Assembly: GCA_020891255.1 (NCBI GenBank) | Contig: BQFW01000014.1 | Coordinates: 186,001-250,000, forward strand | Length of the DNA stretch: 64,000 nucleotides | Direction of reading: 5' to 3' | Origin: Entomortierella parvispora E1425 | Lineage: Eukaryota > Fungi > Mortierellomycota | Part shown: in pieces, positions 60,766-64,000 of the stretch | Layout of the letters: each line of letters begins with the position of its first letter | Numbering within the stretch: position 1 is the first letter of the stretch | Notes under the pieces: model-generated | Seen by the model: the letters and a program-made list of their open reading frames with translations, nothing else | Database searches by the model: none | Told to the model about the DNA's origin: nothing | Position numbers and translations under genes: made by a program

Positions 60766-62018
60766 GGGGGTGTGCAAGTGAAGAGTAGGGGTGGAATGTT
60801 GGGCAACTGAGTGGGCACAGGGGAAGAGAGAAATAGGGTGGCGATGATATATTTATGATGTGCGATGGTGTCGGGCACAGAATGGGTATTTGTCAGAATA
60901 AAGATTATTACAAAGACGTGGTAGAAAAGCGTTGAAGAGAAGACAAGAGAAACAAAAAAAATTGAGAAACACAGGGGAGTGGCGTCGTTCTTTATAAGCG
61001 ATCGACGATCGATCCGTCCGCGTGCGAGCGACGGCGAACAGAAGAGTCGAATCGATTTGATTCAGTTCAATTGCTGTTGCCAAGGAAGAACCCTTGAGCC
61101 GTGCGTCTCAATAAATTTCTATTTTGTGCTGTCGGCGATTTGCTCCCTTTTTTGAGTTTTTTGACTTTCCGCATCTCTGCTGCTGTCTGTCGCAGTCAGA
61201 CAGGCAGGCACATGGAGAAAGAAAATACCCGTTTTGGGCTGCGATCCTGTTTGTTTGCGGGCCCGCGGGTCTATGGGCCTGGTCCAGTCTTGGCTTGCGT
61301 GTGCGACTGCGTATGGATGTGCGGGTGTTCTTCAAGGTTCTTGTTTGTTGGTTTTTTTTTTTTTTCATTTTTCATGAGCACTTCCCCCCTGCTGCTGCTC
61401 TTCTGTTTTGAGTAATTATTCCTTCGTTCCCTTTTAAATGAACAGCACCGGGTTGGGTTGCCGCGTGGGATCGCAGAGAAAGGAAATACCCTAAACTTGC
61501 TTGTCGTCATGCCGGCACCACCGGGATGATTGATTGTCTCTCCGATATCACGCTCCGCCCTCCATGTCCTCGTACCGGTGCCTGTTGTTGCCATTGACAG
61601 ACCTGCACAACAAGAAATAAAGACCAATCAGTCAAAAATCACTCTCTCCATGAACCATGAGAACACAAAGTGCATGTATTGTTTTGTTCCTGTGGGCTTT
61701 TTTTTTTATTTATTTTTTTGTCGCTCAGATCTCTCCTTCCCTCCCCACTCAACCCCGAGGGAGTAACGTCGACTCTCGGTAGCTCATCAAAACATGAATT
61801 AGCGCGTGGCTTTTGCTGTGCGTCATGGATGAATGGACGTTCATGAGGAAACAGAACCATTTTCTTTTTCTTTTTAGAAACAAAAAGGAAGGAAAGAACA
61901 GGGCGAAAGATTTTCGACTTTCTCCGTCCCACTCTTCACCCCTAGGAAGTCTTTCTATTTGATCCAGTGACAGCTTCGCCCTGCAGTGCCTTGGATTGTC
62001 TTGGCGTCGACTTTTTCT

Positions 62019-62814
62019 CTATGGTAGAGCACACCCGTGGATGTCAGGCAGGCCGCCAACGATGACGAGGACAATATCGAGGGCCCACAAGATACCAAAG
62101 AAACCACCTAAAGAACAATTGTAAAAAGAAAAAAAAATCGCTTCTCAGCCCTTCCAAGCTTGCTTCTTTCGAGAAAAAAAGATACATCATCCCTGAACCT
62201 GGGTCTCATACCAGTGCAAAACTTGAGAAGGCCGATGAGGAAGTATCCAAGGTAGAAGCGGTCAATTCTATAGTGGTCGATAACAAAGTAAACAAAGTGT
62301 CAGTCCCAAACATCTTCCCTGCAGTCGACAACACAGAGGACAAGCTCTTTTCTCCGCGGCTGGCTCTCCTGTGCTCTTACCCGGAAAACCCAAGAAAAAT
62401 GGACAAGAAGACAGTGGAATAGTAACCACGGTCCGAATAGCAGGTGGGGGGAGTCTCCTTGTTCCTGAAATGGAAAATGGGACCAAGAATGGCAAAGAGA
62501 ATAACGATCAAAACCAGCAAGCAGCAGCACCAGACAAGCTCTGCGCGGGCTTTGTTCAAGGTGTCTTCACGGCTATCTACTGGAATTGTCGTGGCGCCGA
62601 ATAGAGTGTTGATCGTGGAACCGAATCCTTGCTGGTTTGCTGGAGACGCCGTTGGGCGGAGTCGTTCGTGGTTGCATCCATCCTGAGGCGGCTTTCCCTG
62701 CTCCAAGTCGCGGTTTGGGAGGAGGCGGTCACTTTCGGTGGCCTGGCTTGGCTCCTCACTGTCATGCTCCTGCACTAGTGGAGTAGTCTGGGCATTGGCA
62801 TCTTTGGATGACAT
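62019..62814 (-). CDS. TM2 domain-containing membrane protein, 3 exons
   Basis: Spliced LSIFLGFSG/IDRFYLGYFLIGLLKFCT/GGFFGILWALD matches the TM2 signature GxDRFYLG. Confidence 0.9.
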
Positions 62815-63234
62815 TTTGGGCTGTAGCAGGTGGTCGGGGAGGTCAAAAGAGTTGAAAGTGAGGCGAGGGAACGAAAGAGATGAAAAAAGTGGCACAAGAT
62901 GGTTTTTGAGGCCATGCTGGGAGCACTGACTGCATTTGTTTGTTTGTTTGTTTCTTTTTTTTTTTTTTTTTTTCCTATCGTCTCGTCTGGGTCGAAGTTT
63001 CCTTTCGTGCCCATGTCAATGACTTCGTGAATGATTCTTGAGCATTACACGCGTGCACGCCCCTTGTCGCGTTTCTGGGGATCCTTTTTCTTTCATCATC
63101 TCTTCATGGTATACGACCCATAATGAGTAGGCCTGTTGTAACACGCGACGCGACATCCAGCTACCTGCCACGTCCTCCCGCAAATTTTTATGTTCATTTT
63201 TGCCGGATGGTTTATTGTTCAAGGACAGATTCTT

Positions 63235-64000
63235 TTATGAGAAGAGTCTGTTGATGTCCCCATTCGCAAGGGCGAGGCTGGCATCCCTGAAGATCATCTT
63301 GATTTTTCTCACATGATACTCTGGGATATTTCCTGCGAGGTTACGGTCTATGATAAAAGGATCCATGATGCAAATCGGCGCTTCCTTCAGCTTGTTCCGG
63401 TCGCACGGTTTTGCGACCGTGACATCTCTTGTTTTCTTAATCTTGGCCAACCGTGGATTAATTTCGTGTGTTTTATACTCGAATTTGTTCCCAAAGAACC
63501 GACAAAACTCCTTGAGAAGTGCCGCACTTGACGAATCATTTGTCGAACCAGCGTTCGCAAGCTTGGCCCAATTATCGTCAAAGCTGTATTTACTTCCATC
63601 GATCGATGGCCCTGGCTTAGTTTTCCCAGGCTCCTGCAAGTTGGGAAGTACGCTCTTTGCTTGCGCCTGCAGGAACACAATCATCATCATGACCAAGGCG
63701 TAGGAAGTAAGCAAGCGCTGCCTGCCGGAAATGATGTAGCCCTTTTTGGCCAGATGCCGGATTGCGAACCAGAGTGGCATGAACCGCGGGTCAATCCGGC
63801 GGTACGTGTCTATGAGTTTCGAGTTGTATACTCCATGGCGCTGGTTGAGAGAAATATCGCACTGAATCCTGTTCACAGGGTCTTCAAAGGTCGCAATTGG
63901 AACACGGGCACCAGGGATAGCTTCCACGTTGGTATATCCAAGCCCTCTCAGCGCCTTTGCCAGAGCCGTAATCGAACTTATGGACCGTGAACGATCGATC
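63235..64000 (-). CDS. Gene F: 5'-truncated (window edge) paralog of the array nucleotidyltransferases
   Basis: Frame is open to the window end. ARVPIATF, QCDISLNQRHGVYNSKLIDTYRRID, LTSYALVMM, APICIMDPFIIDRNLAGNI. The GS/DxD motif would lie outside the window. Confidence 0.88.
   Translation of the reverse strand, partial: IDRSRSISSITALAKALRGLGYTNVEAIPGARVPIATFEDPVNRIQCDISLNQRHGVYNSKLIDTYRRIDPRFMPLWFAIRHLAKKGYIISGRQRLLTSYALVMMMIVFLQAQAKSVLPNLQEPGKTKPGPSIDGSKYSFDDNWAKLANAGSTNDSSSAALLKEFCRFFGNKFEYKTHEINPRLAKIKKTRDVTVAKPCDRNKLKEAPICIMDPFIIDRNLAGNIPEYHVRKIKMIFRDASLALANGDINRLFS

Overview
Intron-rich eukaryotic genomic DNA from an early-diverging fungus, most likely Mortierellaceae. This is inferred from strong resemblance of the elongase and GPAT to the Mortierella alpina proteins as I recall them; no search was run. 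Most of the window is housekeeping genes: GPAT, tRNA-Lys, class-3 lipase, VPS4, GGCT-like, DDB1, MetRS, RPN10, fatty-acid elongase, IPP1, POM33/TMEM33, alpha/beta hydrolase, ankyrin protein, GCP4, DPH7, prolidase and a TM2 protein. The outstanding feature is an intronless accessory island at about 41.8-51.7 kb. It is a head-to-tail array of Cid1/TUTase-like terminal nucleotidyltransferases, each fused to the same ~170-aa N-terminal domain that I do not recognise. It holds 3 intact genes, 1 pseudogene, one 3' fragment and a stand-alone gene with two copies of that domain and no polymerase; a further paralog lies on the minus strand at the right edge. Other points of interest are a three-member family of small orphan helical proteins, a bacterial-type intronless GNAT, an aldo-keto reductase pseudogene and a ~410-nt self-complementary segment in the first POM33 intron. 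Exon boundaries were placed by eye from GT/GC-AG signals and reading-frame continuity.
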